A stretch of 64,000 nt of DNA from Octopus vulgaris. Taxonomy: Eukaryota. The stretch spans positions 135,222,001-135,286,000 of the forward strand of contig OX597815.1 in the NCBI GenBank assembly GCA_951406725.2. Direction: 5' to 3'. Below, piece by piece: positions 1-13,590 of this stretch. Each line of letters opens with the position of its first letter. The first letter of the stretch is position 1. A program made the position numbers and the translations under genes. The notes under the pieces were generated by a model, which saw only the letters and a program-made list of their open reading frames with translations, had not been told where the DNA came from and did not search any database.

Positions 1-270
1 TAGTGGGTGCTTTTTATGTGTCACCGGCACGAGGGCTAGTCAGGCAGTACTGGCATTGGCCATGCTTGAATGGTGCTTTTTATGTGCCACTGGCAACAAC
101 CGTGCTCGAATGGCACTATTTACATGCCACCAGCATGGGACCAGTTAGGCGACACTGGCATTGACCATGCTCGAATGGTGCTTTTTATGTGCCAATCAGG
201 CAGTACTGTCATTGGCCAATGACTTCACTTGCCTCAACAGGTCTTTGCAAGCACAGTTTATTGCCCAATG
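1..270 (-). mobile_element. RTE LINE 3' UTR fragment (family A) with ~4 tandem structured modules; cut by the window edge
   Basis: Repeated GGTGCTTTTTATGTGCCAC..GGCA units; 221-270 matches the 3' UTR of the RTE copy at 36797-36848. Confidence 0.8.
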
Positions 271-963
271 ATAGATTATTATTATTTCTAGAAATAGTTT
301 TTGCGACTTTCTACTACAACACCACTATGCCTCTAGTAATTTTTGTAGTGTGTGTGCGTGTGTGTGTGAAATATAGACATGTTTTAGAATATTACATCAG
401 TTTTGCTTCATTATGGGGTTAGCTTGATGTTTCTGGCACTATTTGTCATGTAGGGGATATGTAATATGTGTTGCATTATTTTGTTGAGTAGAGACTGGGT
501 TTTGTAAGTGCTGCATTCTTGGAGTTATGTCTTATTGTTGGAGTATGTTGCAGGTGGTTTGCATATCAGAAATTGAAATTGTATAGCATTTATGTAGCAT
601 ATGTATTGTATTATTTTATGGGGTGGTTATTATATGGGGTCTGAGTACAAAACGTGTACTGTTTGAGATGTGCTATTGAAAGGGAAAATTTATTGTGTAT
701 GATGTAGGCTATTATTTTTATATAAGGCTTGTGTGCATTTGTTCACATTTTTTTTATTGATACTGCTTTATATTTTCATACCCTATTTTATTTCAATTTT
801 AAAACACTTGCTTTTAATAGACATGGTACTAGTATTACTTTCCCAAATGGTTAATAAATAAATTATCATGATCATCACAATCACTATTTGTGCTGCACTG
901 TGAACAATGTTACACGCTTAAATTTTCCTTTAGTGGTAAATATGCTAAGTACAGACAGCTCAC

Positions 964-1090
964 TCCCATATAAAAATCAGGTCACAAATACAAAAAAATG
1001 GCATGCCCCTTTTCTTCACAGGCATTGTTGAGATCAAAACTTCAAGTGAGAAATCTTTGTGAAGGGTGGGTTGTGTTGAGCTGATTTGCC
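964..1090 (-). other. Possible small exon of an unidentified minus-strand transcript
   Basis: Non-repetitive sequence; acceptor ...atatctag| and donor |GTGAGC; polypyrimidine tract weak; no recognisable protein. Confidence 0.15.
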
Positions 1091-1854
1091 CTAGATATAT
1101 TATATAGAGATAAAAGTTTTCAGTTCTGCTCAAGCGATACATGCTTGCACATTTAAATGTAAATAAATGTGCGTGTGTGTGTGTCTGGGTGAACACTGGG
1201 TTTACACATATGATATATACAGACAGTTACATACAAGCATTGTTATCATCATCATCAATTTAAATTTGCTTTTCCATGCCGTAATGAAATAGATGGATTG
1301 TTAGGGTCTGTGTTTTATGTTCAGGATTACTGCCCAGCCTCAACACAAATTAAAGACCATGATTCACTCATACCTTTCATTTTTGCTATGGTTTCTACAA
1401 TAGGAAAGATGCCTTTCTTATTACCAAGCATTTTATAGAAAGCACTAGATGAATTTTATTGTGATACCAGTTCTAGCAAGGTTGTCTTGTCCCTGGCAAG
1501 ACTACGGAGTCCATTTTATGTCAGGCTGTCCCCACTCAATCAATGACTGCATATTAATATATGCATGCCTATGTACACGTATGTGTAAACAAGAGATAAA
1601 AATGAAGTTGCAACAATAGAGTAATAATTTTTATTTTGGAAGCTGAAATTTCAGAAATCATTACTCCGAGTGGTTCATTGCTGATCTTTGGTTGACAAAT
1701 GGAAATTGGTATATATTAAACATAGCTGTAAAACATTTTCACAAATGTTCAATAATCAGTATACAGACTCAGAGTTTCTGTTTCTAATAATTAATTCATT
1801 CATTTATTCATACACACATACACACATCATCATCATCATTATTATTATTATCAT

Positions 1855-2255
1855 CATCATCATTTAACATCCACTTTTCTGCTTGCATGGATCAGACAGA
1901 ATTTGTTGAGGCAAATCTTCTATGACTGAATGCGATTTCTGTTGCTAACCCTTACCTGCTTCTAAGCAAGGTTATATTTTCCCATGGAAGGCCGGAAATG
2001 TATATCATTGCATGAAGGTGATGCTCATTTACAATATCATGAGATATCAAGACAAAGAGACAAATACACACACATACACACATGCATACAGACACACACA
2101 CCCATATGCACAATGAGCTTATTTCAGTTTCTATCTTCCAAATCCACTCACAGGACTTTGGTCAGCCTTAGGCTATAGTAGAAGACACTGCTGCACAGTG
2201 AGAGTGAACCTAAGATCACATGACAAGTAAACTTCTTAGGCACATAAGCAACCTC
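1855..2255 (-). mobile_element. Degenerate SINE: family-B tRNA head with an RTE-like (GAT)n 3' tail
   Basis: 2115-2255 matches the family-B head (caaatccactcaca..ctatagtagaagacac); 1855-1990 resembles the family-A tail; related pieces at ~32800-33052 and ~34890-35110. Confidence 0.6.
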
Positions 2256-2280
2256 ACTATGTGTTTGTGTGTGTGTGTAT

Positions 2281-2720
2281 TTAACTTTGATAGGTTTCGG
2301 CCAGTATAGGCCTAGGCCATGTCTAACTTAATAGCACCACCTGGTGAAGTCTTTTAGTCATATATGGGGCACCATATCCCACTATAGCAAAGAGTTATTA
2401 TTATTGGAGACATATCCGGGTGCAGGTGGTTGGTCTAGGAATTTTTGAAGAAATTTGTCCAGAGAACATTTGAATTTTATGGGATCCATTTCCGTTTTGA
2501 CATATTTTGGTATAGTATTAAAGAGAGCTAGATTGGTTGAAGTAAAGTAATTAATTGTGACATAATGTTGTTATGTCTACCAAGTTCAATTTTTGTAGTG
2601 GGAAGATAGCATGGGAGCCAAGTTTTTGGATGGATTTTGAAATTGATGCCAACATCATTTGTGCAATATTGATGGAATATTTTCCACATAGAACAAATAT
2701 ATATACAGATAAGTAGTACC
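2281..2720 (-). mobile_element. CR1-clade LINE 3' end fragment (ORF2 C-terminus plus 3' UTR)
   Basis: Minus strand translates LFNTIPKYVKTEMDPIKFKCSLDKFLQKFLDQPPAPGY, matching the CR1-type 'LFNxLP...FKxxLDxFL..PDxP..PGY' C-terminus; upstream frame has ..MWKIF.. Confidence 0.75.
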
Positions 2721-2934
2721 AATGGAAATTTCATGGCCCAGTTTTGTAATATCTGCAACCATAAACATCTCCCCTGCTAGTAATAATATCCACTTATTGT
2801 ACTACATCGATTTAGTAAACAAATGTGCTGCTGTTTAGTCATTATTGATAGGAAGAGGTTTCTGTCTTATACTGTATCTTTAGCAATTTTCCTTATAATG
2901 CATTATGAATCAAAGTATATAAATTTTTATTTTT

Positions 2935-3293
2935 ATTTTATTTGTTTCAGTCGTTTGACTGCAGCCATGCTGGAGCACCGCCTTTAGTCGAACAAATCGA
3001 CCCCAGTACTTATTCTCTGTAAGCCTAGTACTTATTCTATCGGTCTCTTTTGCCAAATCGCTAAGTTATGGGGGCGTGAACACACCAACATCGGTTGTCA
3101 AGCGATGGTGGGAATACAAACACACACACACATACAACAGGCTTCTTTCAGTTTCTGTCTACCAAATCCACTCACAAGGCTTTGGTCGGCCTGAGGCTAT
3201 AGCAGAAGACACTTGCCCAAGGTCCCACACAGTGGGATTGAACCAGGAACCATGTGGTTGGTAAGCAAGCTACTTACCACACAGCCACTCCTG
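2935..3293 (-). mobile_element. tRNA-derived SINE, family B, near full length
   Basis: Minus strand: A box TGGCTGTGTGG, B box GGTTCAATCCC, CORE-like ACCTTGGGCAAG, internal (TG)n, 3' stem-loop then GAAAC; many copies in window. Confidence 0.9.
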
Positions 3294-3930
3294 AACTTTA
3301 ATTTTACCAATAAGTGATATGCATGGTTTGCACAATATATATGAATACTGTGTTACAAATTAAGTTGAACCAACTAACAAACACCTTTTTCACAGGAAAT
3401 GATTTCAGAAAGACTTTGTGCATAAAGACATAACTAAATTATGTTTGTACACTAAAATTGCAGAAATTTTCACAAGATCATAATTTAGAAAGTGAGTGAA
3501 TATTCTATATTTCATGCAATGTAAAATAAATCTAATTTGCAACACAATTCAGCTCAAAACATTAGTAACTGTATTGATGATGACAGCTGGACTGAATAAA
3601 GATGATAAATGAAGTCACCATACCATGAGAATATGCAAGTTGTTTAAAACAGGCAAAATATATAAATGTCTTTAAGAAAATATCCAAGTAATGATATTTA
3701 CACATCAAAATATATCCATTTATTCTAAGCACATGAGTTTTGTGTATGTGCATGAGAGAGAGAGAGAGAGAGAGAGTGTGTGTGTGTGTGTGTGTGTCTG
3801 TCTGTGTGTGTGTGTGTGTGTGTGCCTTCTTGCATCATGTGATAGCTGTAAATGTGTGTGTCACTGACATATAAGTGGTATTATTTGTCTCCAACCATAG
3901 TTTTGAATTTACTGCAATATTCATTTTGAC

Positions 3931-4345
3931 TCATCATCGTTTAGCGTCCACTTTCCATGCTGGTATGGGTTGGACGGTTCAACCGGGGTTTGGGAAGCCA
4001 GAAGGCTGCACCAGGCCCAGTCTGATCTGGCAATGTTTCTACGGCTGGATGCCCTTCCTAACGCCAACCACTCCGTGAGTGTAGCGGATGCTTTTTACGT
4101 GCCACCAGCACAGGTGCCAGATGAGGCTGGCAAATGGCCACGATAGGATGGTGCTTTTTACGTGCCACCGGCACGGAGGCCAGGCAAGGCTGGCAACGGC
4201 CACGATCGGATGATGCTTTTTACATGCCATGGCACAGAGGCCAGTCGGGGCGGCGCTGGCAATGGCCACGTTCGTATGGTTCTCTTATGTGCCACCAGCA
4301 CTGGTATCACAGCTACGATTTCCATTGATGTTGATCGATTTTGAT
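3931..4345 (-). mobile_element. RTE LINE 3' UTR/tail copy (family A), 4 tandem modules
   Basis: (CAT)n tail, CCATGCTGGTATGG stem, GGATGCCCTTCCTAACGCCAACCAC core, ~60-bp units; inverse-similar to 12905-13343. Confidence 0.9.
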
Positions 4346-5225
4346 ATTGGATGATGATGTTGACTATGACTTTAAGTTTTGCCAAATGTCTTATTCAACC
4401 AATTTTCTTTCTGATATAGCAAAAAAAACATGGCTTCATTAAAAGAAAGATGTGTTAAGATAGTAGATTTCCTATGCATTTAAAATTTGTAACAGAAGTG
4501 AATACAATTTTATTGAGAATGAAAATCTGATGAGTTTTGTAATCAGATAATAAAGAATGTTAAAAAGTAAATAAGGAACAGTAAGTGGAGTCAGAAATGA
4601 AAGAGGGATGTGGGGTGGAAAATATTGTTAACATGCAAGATTTCCCAGTGGTTGTCACTGCACAAAAACACAGTCTCAAACAAGATAAGTGACCGACTGC
4701 AGAAGCTGTATCTGAGAACTTCAGAAGTTGCAGTAATTATACCAAACGTAAACAAAAAGAAAAACAGAACTACAATGATATATTATGATAAATAAAAAGT
4801 GTGTTCCAGGAGAACTTTCTCTTCAGGAGAACTTTCTACGTATCCAGATTATCACTTGCTACAGTTTTTATGGCTGTTATAATTCAGTTACGAAGTATGG
4901 AAACATGGTGTAGCATATGATGTCAAAGATAAAAATTACAAAATATCATAAATAGTTTGCTACAAATATAGGCTTATCCATGAACATGTTTTCCATCTCC
5001 CTTATTACTCAAAATTACTACAACAACATGTATATTACAAAACTGAAGCCGCAAATTTGCAGTGGGTCAAGTGTCATCAATAACAGATCAGACCTGATAT
5101 GTAACAAAATATTCAGGATTGCAAATCGTTACTGTATTTTAGTATCAGAGAAGTTTACAAACCAGAAGTCTGACAATAGCAACTTTTCAAATTCATAATG
5201 TCATAAATATCAGCAAGAATCTTAC

Positions 5226-5304
5226 CAGAAGATAGGAATCCAACCAACCATCTTTATTGGATCAGCAGAGTTGAATTTCAGAATATCAATTGTCATATTT
5301 GAAG
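5226..5304 (-). CDS. Candidate 79-bp exon of an unidentified gene
   Basis: Acceptor ttgtttcatgtgcttttag|, donor TG|GTAAGA; one open frame SNMTIDILKFNSADPIKMVGWIPIF; unique sequence; no homology recognised. Confidence 0.3.
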
Positions 5305-5499
5305 CTAAAAGCACATGAAACAAGCGCTGACTTTAATTCTCAAGTTTGTAACTCAATCATTAATGGCTCTAAAGGCAATAAATTTGAAGAAAATTATGCA
5401 AATCTCAAAATGAAAAAAAAAGATATTATAAGACGGTGATAATGATGACAACAACAAAATTTCTATATGAAGTAGTAGCAATAATGATAATGATGACAA

Positions 5500-5990
5500 T
5501 TTGTCACAAAGCTTTTTTTGAGGATTGCATTTGAAATTTTAGATTTAGAGATTTCAAAGATGTGATGACTGCTGGTTGATAACAATTTCATCAGATTAAG
5601 TTAAGAGTGATAAGATGAGGCAAAAAACAAAATCAGCAACCTGAGCAAAGACAAGCAGACAAGTGTGGCATTAATATGCTATCTGATAAGACAGTTGTAA
5701 TTCTGATGAGTACTGCATGGGCAATAGCCAGAGAAGGTGTGCATCAGAATACTTGATCTGGTTATATCATATAAATAGATGATGAAATCTGAATGAAGAA
5801 GATAAATATTGTAGTGGATGTTACTGGATAGTAGCAAATGGGGGTGTGACAGTTTTTCTTTCTTTCTTTTTTTTGACTCCGAAAAACTATGATTGAGCAG
5901 ATGCAGGCTATCTTTAAGCCGACTTTATCTAATATGCCAATGACTTTGATCATCATTTTGATTGAGCAGAATGATGATAAATAATGTCTC
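5500..5990 (-). mobile_element. Heavily decayed CR1-like LINE remnant (3' part)
   Basis: Faint motifs (..YSSEL..); same strand as and downstream of the RT remnant at 7140-7720. Confidence 0.3.
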
Positions 5991-7139
5991 AATCATAGCC
6001 ATTCAGTTTACTTATATTTTTTTTTTCCAGGCAATATCAAGGAAAATTTTATGCAAATGAGTCCTTTCTTTTGCAAGGTGGTATGGTTTGAGGGAGATTT
6101 GGTTGTTATTTCTAACAAGAAAGTGATCACAAAGAAGCTCTTTTATTAGCTGAATTGTAGTAAATTGTTGCAAACAGAGCAGGTAGATATATGATTGTAA
6201 ATTGGTGGCAGTTTTACTTAATCTCAGGTCTGCGCTAACGAAGCAGAAGTACGGTCATAGACATTTTAGTGTCTACTCCTATCATTGGGCGTAAATATGT
6301 AAAATGCAACCTGTGAATGTATGTAATTTAAAATTCAATGTTTGGATTTGATTTCATAGCAATAATTTTTAAGCATTAAGATATGATGCTTATCTTTGTA
6401 AAGTAACATTCTGAGACATGAGTATCTCTTCCAGATAGCTATCTAAAGTAATGCAGAATCAAGCATGAGTGTGTGTGTGAATATTGAGGTTCTATGTCTT
6501 TGCTGTCACTGCCTTAGTAAAGTAGTTAGGTGATATTTGCATTCCCTCTCGGCAATATGCCTCATTCTCCTGCACTTTCAAAGACCAGTGGAATAAAAAA
6601 AAATCCTTTACTTGTAAAACAAGTAAGGACATCTGGCTGTAAAAACACTACCTCAAGTAAGTCTTCATGCTAGCACAGAAAAAAAAAATAAATAAATAGC
6701 TGTAAAATGAATAACTGTACATGGCACTTTTGTTCTTTAAATTTTGGCGTTTTTGTCTTGTTTTTACATAGAATGCGTTTTGTTGAGGGAAATTGTGTTG
6801 TCTTAAACTTAGATGTTCTTACGGGTAATACCTCAAATACCAATAAGAAGTTAAAACTGCTTTTGAATGCCATAGAATTAAAAGTAGACAAAACTTTATG
6901 TGGAGTTGTTAGTCGATGGTGATATTCTGAGAATATAAGTTGCTAATAGAACCAGCAAGAGAGCCATATTTGGTCATTCATCGCACTAGAAATAACAGAT
7001 AAGTTGCATTGATACAGACCATCAATAGGCTTGTGGTTGTAATGTGCTTAGAGAGTAAAGTTTTGCTAATCAGATGAATATCAATTTTATTTAAATATTT
7101 TTTGTTTCTTTTTAATGTAATTTTGTGAATGACTATGTA

Positions 7140-7720
7140 TCATTTCTACAGTCCCATACATATTACAAATAATTCAACAGAGGATTCCTTGTTCCTTGTA
7201 AGGTAACTGATCACAGCCAAAGCATTTTATAGTTCTGAAAATGCTTAGCTTGTTGAGAAGCATTTTCAGCTGTATCATAGACATACTTATGTCACTATTT
7301 TTCGCAACAATATAAGGATGTTGTAACAGCTTGTGTGACTAAGTAGTATGAAGGTTATAGTTATGTTGCTTATGTATGAAAAGTAATCATTTTTTTCTTG
7401 CTGTGTAATTGGATCACCCTTGCTATTATTAAATGAGATTAGGTTATGTCCTAATTACAGGATGATTTTGAGGTCAGTTTCAAGAAGTAGTGCAAGTAAG
7501 GTGTCTAGTTTGTGTTGGATAATGACTGTGCATGGAAAGCTAATTAAGCCTGATGGGAGGTATCATCTGTGTGGAAGTGTGTTTGATGGTAAGTAACAGT
7601 AAGGACATTATTCATCCATGAAAATGTGGGTTGATAAAACATAGGTCAAAGAGAGGAAGAGATAATAACTGTAATATGCTGCCATGGGTTGACTGAATGA
7701 GAACATTTCAGTCCAAGAAG
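7140..7720 (-). mobile_element. Decayed CR1-like reverse transcriptase remnant
   Basis: PTFSWMNNVLTVTYHQTHFHTDDT resembles PTLFLLFINDL...HSYADDT; downstream PLLNYL..VW resembles PxLEYC..W; stops and frameshifts. Confidence 0.45.
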
Positions 7721-8439
7721 TGAGAAATGAATGCAAGTTTTTTTCTTGGGGTTTTTGTCAAAGACAGCAATACAGAATTTGCCAAAGTTGATGAAGTTGA
7801 GAATCGACTAGTGTGAGGTATGTCTCAAACCCAAAGTACAACTAGCTTTATGGAAATCATATACATACATGTATAATTGATATGGTGTAGGTATACTGCA
7901 TGTATATGTATATATGTGCATGTGGTGTGTGTATATAAACACACACAAACACACATTGCAATAATATTTGTACAATAAAGTACTATAAACAATTGTGGTT
8001 TATTTAGTGAGCTTGTGTTAAGATAGAAGAAATTTGTATTAAATTTTGATCACCCCAAATGCATGCATGCAATGTCAATAAGTTTGTTCATAATCATCAT
8101 CATGGTGTTTTTAGAGTTTACAATATAAATTGCATACAAATGATGTTATGATATAAGTTCAATTAATTATATCTCCTTTAAAAAGGAAATGTCAAGTACA
8201 ACCACAAGGTGCCTGAGAATAAAGACTTTGCTCATAACCACCATAAATTTTTCATAGCTTGCTACATTAGTTATCTTGAGTTTGACTCATTCAGATATAC
8301 CTTCTTTGTGACAAGACTGTAATAGAGACTAGTCAAAAGAGATCGATATTACATTTAGTTCTTCAATTGCACAATTTCAGTATAACCAACCACTACTTTA
8401 ATGTTTGTCAGTACAAAATTTAACTATTTAGACTAAGTG

Positions 8440-8620
8440 GGAGCAAACAGAGAGTCTGTACATGGTGACTTACTCTGCTAGAAACAGTAGGTATATCTGC
8501 ATCAAAACTCAAACAATTGCCTAGAGAGAACAGAAGAATGCAACAGATAATGTAGTCTTAAGATACACTATCTGAAAAGAAAAAGGTGAGACTGATACAG
8601 CTGGAACACATTGATCAGAG
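8440..8620. repeat. Old dispersed repeat 'family F' (ctgctagaaatagcagccaaatctccctcaaa core)
   Basis: Diverged copies also at ~6060-6150 (inverted), 21900-21990, 27000-27150 (inverted), 40440-40640, 58940-59110. Confidence 0.55.
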
Positions 8621-8974
8621 TTTAACAGAAGTTGAAAAATAAGTAGATTATTGGTACAATGGTTCATGGATTCATATGCAGCACAGTACAAGGAATGCAG
8701 TGAAAACAATTTACTTATCTATTATTTAACAGTCTCAGTTTACCAGCTGCTATCCCAATATGCATTTACTCAGAGTCAAACATCATTGGTTATTCTCATA
8801 ACTGCTGGATTACCAAAATTATTTATACTTAAAATGCAAGGTAGTGAAAACTGATTATTGTTTATAAAACTATATTTTTCAAGACATTTATTTTTACGAA
8901 TTTTAATCACTGGACTGCAGCTATGTTCAGGCATAGCCTTCAAGGATAAAGTTGATTATATCATTTCTTATTTC

Positions 8975-9203
8975 TTTCTTTATTGCCCACAAGGGGCTAA
9001 ACAGAGGGGACAAACAAGGACAGACAAAGGGATTAAGTTGATTACATGGAGCCCAGTGCATAACTGGTACTTAATTTATCGACCCCGAAAGGATGAAAGG
9101 CAAAGTTGACCTCAGCGGAATTTGAACTCAGAACGTAACGGCAGACGAAATACCACTAAGTATTTTGCCTGGTGTGCTAACATTTCTACCAACTCACCGC
9201 CTT
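8975..9203 (-). mobile_element. tRNA-derived SINE, family C (MetaSINE-like central domain)
   Basis: Minus strand AAGGCGGTGAGTTGGTAGAA.., B box GAGTTCAAATTC, then GCCTTTCATCCTTTCGGGGTCGATAAATTAAGTACCAG, resembling the Sauria/Meta SINE central domain. Confidence 0.85.
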
Positions 9204-12200
9204 ATATATATATCATTTCTAGTATTGCAGTTTGGTAGTTAATATATCAAAGATTACAAAGATGGAAGCAAAAGTAGATCAAGATAGGATTGGAAGTTAG
9301 AGTGTAAAAGATATCACCAAATGCCACAAGAGACATTTTTGTATGAAATACACTACCAATTCTGCCATCCATTGCCATTGTAGGTCAGTGTTTACACAAT
9401 ATATCATTCATTCAAAGAATCTATCTACAGTGAAGAGAAATGAGTCACCTGTTCAAAGTAGGAGATTATTTCATCTTGTAGTGAACTGAAAATTTCATTT
9501 TTAAACATCAATACAAGACAGAAAAAAAGATGATAAACAAATAAATTACATTTGCTTTAATGTGTTCTGTGTTAGCCTTTGTCACACAACCCCAATGCTA
9601 CTACAAACAACAACTGCACTGCCGCCCACTACTGCCAACAGAAGCACATCATTTTCCTTTTAAAACACAAAAGGAGGGCCCTTGTATTTGTTATCTTCTC
9701 CTTTGCATAAAAAAAAAAAGAGAAATACCCACTTCTCTTATTGTCATTTTCATTACATCTTTAGAAACTATTCTGCTTTCTTTAGATTCTGTTCTGTCAC
9801 TAGAAGGCAAATACATAAACACACACACACATATATATATATGGAGTGGGAGTCACATACATATATACCTCTATCACCTGCCCACTCTGACAATGTATAT
9901 GTGTTAAACAGTAACTTGCTTGAGATTTGTGCCAAGATGAATTCACCAAGCACAATTAGATAGGGATGGCGGTGTCCGACGTTTTACTATGTTGCTCTTA
10001 TCAAAGGTTTATTAGAACCAGGTTAGAAAATACAAAGATATTTTATGGATTGCTTATACTAATTGTCTATTTATAGATAGAATTAAAAAGAGTCCATATA
10101 CACATCCTCCTCCTCACCACCACCATCACCACTTAACATCCATTTTCCAAACTGACATGAGATGAACAGTCTGTCCTGGCATTGTTTCTGTGGCTGGATG
10201 CCCTTCCTGATACTAAACACTTTACAGAGTGTACTGGATGCTTTCTAAGTGGCACCAACATAGGTGCTTCATGCTTGTATGTCTCACATGCAGATATAAA
10301 CACACACACACACACAACAGAGTTTCATAGATATAGCTGCTCATGTAACAGCAATATTCATGAAACTCCACATAGGCCCAGGGAGTTTTCTCAGCATTAC
10401 AATGAACAATTTACACTCTATTCATTCTAAAACACAATATGCCACTCCTTCTTTCCAGACTATTTGTGATTGACAACCATCAATCCCTCTCACCAATGAC
10501 CATCTCTAACTGTCCATCACCCCACTCTCGTTCCCCCCATCATCCCAAACACTGTATCTGCTAACATTCTCTTGTTCTTCATCATCTCTCTGTCATCTGT
10601 TCACTCCACACACAATTTCAGCCTCTTGTTCAGTTTGTCAAGTCTATATCTGTTGCCTTCTCACACATCTTTGATAACTTCTCATTTCTACATTGCTCTC
10701 TTCTATTCACTGCTTTCTTTCGTATGGTGTGGGGTGGATGTATGACTTTTAATGAATGACCTCATAATACAACTGGCTTGTTTTATGAGATACAAGTCAG
10801 TCTCACAAGTGCCAACGCCATGATAATATACACATAATCTATTCTGTTATGTGGACAGTGAATGAATGGATATGTGGGGTCAAAAGGACCTTTTAGTTTG
10901 TGAAGGACATGAAAATCTCTCAAGTTTTGGTGCTATGATAAAATGCACCCAGTTCAGTCAAAAAGGTGGGTAGTGCTTGGAAGGGCACCCAACCATAGAA
11001 ACCAAGCTTAAAATGAAATGTTTAAGCAAGACATGGTCTTCTGATCCATCTAGGAGGGCAGTAACACCAAATGACTGACTTAAACTATGATGACCTGGCC
11101 TATTCTTACCAACATGGAAAGTGGCAATAAAACAATGATGATAATGAAGAATATGTGCACATGTGTGTGTGTGTGCATACATGTGTGTATAAACTGACTG
11201 GATGGTATTTATCTCTTGACCATGGAAAGAGATGGGACACAAACTTCATTTCAGCAGTATATTGGATGCAGGAAAGTTCTCGGTACACCTTCACATTAGA
11301 AGTGTACCAAATCTGAGATACATGCGTGTGTGTCAGTAATAAGGTAAACAAGTCTGTATATATCTAAACCAAGGTTTCATTCACTTATATTGAAAAGAAA
11401 TACATTTTCTCTTAATCTGTTGATGTTAACAATTGAGCAAAAGCCAACTGAGCAAACCCATGGCTGTAATCCGGTTTTGCTTACATATAATAAATGTGTA
11501 AGTTGATACAAAGTCAAGAATAATGCTCTGCCTTTGGAAGCAGTGATACATATCTAAACCCGTCACTGAATCCAAAACAATAATCAGTTCATCTTTACTC
11601 TTAGAAAGTGAGTTTATTAAGAATCATTTTTAATTTCTTCAAATTATCACTACTTCTCATTCAGAGGGCAAGCAATCACCACTAGGTTTTCTTTTACTTT
11701 CTCTTTACAAAGGAAATTTTCAAAAATTAGAGAACATATTGTATACAGGATTTGATACACCTACAACACCCCCCGCACTTATAAACTTTATTATAAATAT
11801 AAAGGCCACAAAGATATGAAGTTAATGTGCTGGTCTACTGATCTCATAGTCAACTAGTTCAAATTTTACAGATATTATGACATGCCTCTGAACAATACAA
11901 AGCTTGCCTGATGGATTGAAAATGGAATACACTCCTATTCCCCAGCTAATAGCTTTGAAATAAGGCATTCAGTTGTTCAAGCAAACCACCTTAACACAAA
12001 GACCATTCATGCATTGGAGAAAAAGGTGTTTGTGTGTGTGTATGTGTGTGGAGAGAGAGAGAGGGGGAGAGAGAGAGAGAAGCCACAGCTTATTTAATTA
12101 AAACAAAATTTTAATGAGTTTGTATTATGCAAATTATATATGCACATAAGTATACACATTAACATTTATATAGTGATGTATATATAAGTAGAACAGTGTA

Positions 12201-12449
12201 CAAGCGCGTTAACATACTCTTGTATATATTTACATAAACACTATTTATGCTGCACAACACACACACACACGCGTGCACAGCAGAACACATATCCAAGTAC
12301 CTGTGTGTATGCATGTCTTGTTTCCCTTGCTAACTATGATGGCAGTGGTAGAATATTGAGGAAATAGAATTTAAAATTATAATACATACAAAAACAGATC
12401 TCATACATGTTTATACAACACACACACACCCACATGTACACACACATAC

Positions 12450-12472
12450 CTTGTAGATGTAAATTGTCTTTG
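12450..12472 (-). CDS. Candidate 23-bp microexon
   Basis: aaatatttcttcag|CAAAGACAATTTACATCTACAAG|gtatgt; splices in frame to 5304-5226. Confidence 0.2.
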
Positions 12473-12873
12473 CTGAAGAAATATTTAATTAAAATAACCA
12501 AATGGAAATGAAGAGTTATACTTACAAACTAATAGATACATTCATAAATAGTCACAAAGAATAATATAAAACCATGAGATATAATAATCTTATTAATTAA
12601 TTATAATTAAATAAACAAAATTGTTAGTTTTGTTAATATTTGATACTTGTTTGCTTTCATTTCAAAGTGTACTTTTATCTTACTAGATATATGAATTTGG
12701 TAATGGTCAAAAACTAATTTATGCATTAGTATATGTGTGTGCGTGTATACGCACACACATTTAGCTACCATCATTAGACACACATATACAGCATATATAC
12801 ATAAAGCTACTATGAAGAGAGTAGATCATCATCATCATCATCCTTTAATGTCTATTTTCCATGATAGCATAGG

Positions 12874-12904
<31 letters not shown>

Positions 12905-13343
12905 AAATCAAAACAAATCAAAATAGATGAACATCAATGGAATTTGTATCTTTGTGGTACCAGTGCCGGTGGCACACAAGAAAACCATCCGAATGTGGCC
13001 GTAGCCAGTACCGCATCGACTGGCCTCCATGCTGTGGGCACGTAACAAACACCATCCGATCGTGGCCGTTTGCCAGCCTCATCTGGCACCTGTGTCGGTG
13101 GCACATAAAAACACCATCCGAGCGTGGCCATCTGCCAGCCTCGTCTGGCACCTGTGTCGGTGGCACATAAAATCACCCACTACACTCTCGGAGTGGTTGG
13201 CGTTAGGAAGGGCATCCAGCTGTAGAAACACTGCCAGATCTGACTGGACTGGTGCAGCCTTCGGGCTCCCCAGACCCCAGTTGAACCGTCCAACCCATGC
13301 TAGCATGGAAAGCGGACGTTAAATGATGATGATGATGATGATG
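12905..13343 (+). mobile_element. RTE LINE 3' UTR/tail copy (family A), young, 4 modules
   Basis: GTGYCGGTGGCAC..AAAA.CACC-type units at ~12963, 13033, 13092, 13154; ends CCATGCTAGCATGGAAAGCGGACGTTAAAT(GAT)n. Confidence 0.9.
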
Positions 13344-13359
13344 ATATATATATATATAT

Positions 13360-13590
13360 CTACCAAGGGTATGAATAAGTATTTCATTTATGTCTTACGT
13401 ATTTATCGCTGAAGAAGGGAAAATTCTTATGAATTAACCCTGAAATTGGGACCAATACAGTAATAACGGATTTTTTAGAAATATCTATCGGCTTGTTTCG
13501 AGACGCATAAATTATAATGGTTATTGACAAATTTGTCTTTTTTTCGGGATATTTGGCATTAGAATTTTTCTTTTGCCCTTATTTTATAAG

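Noticed and set aside
964-1090. Selenoprotein exon (two in-frame TGA)
   Set aside because: No selenoprotein motif or SECIS recognised; the exon itself is unsupported
4085-4300. CRISPR-like array (palindromic repeat with ~35-nt spacers)
   Set aside because: The spacers are homologous to each other, the array sits in an RTE 3' UTR, there are no cas genes and the context is eukaryotic; it is a tandem repeat
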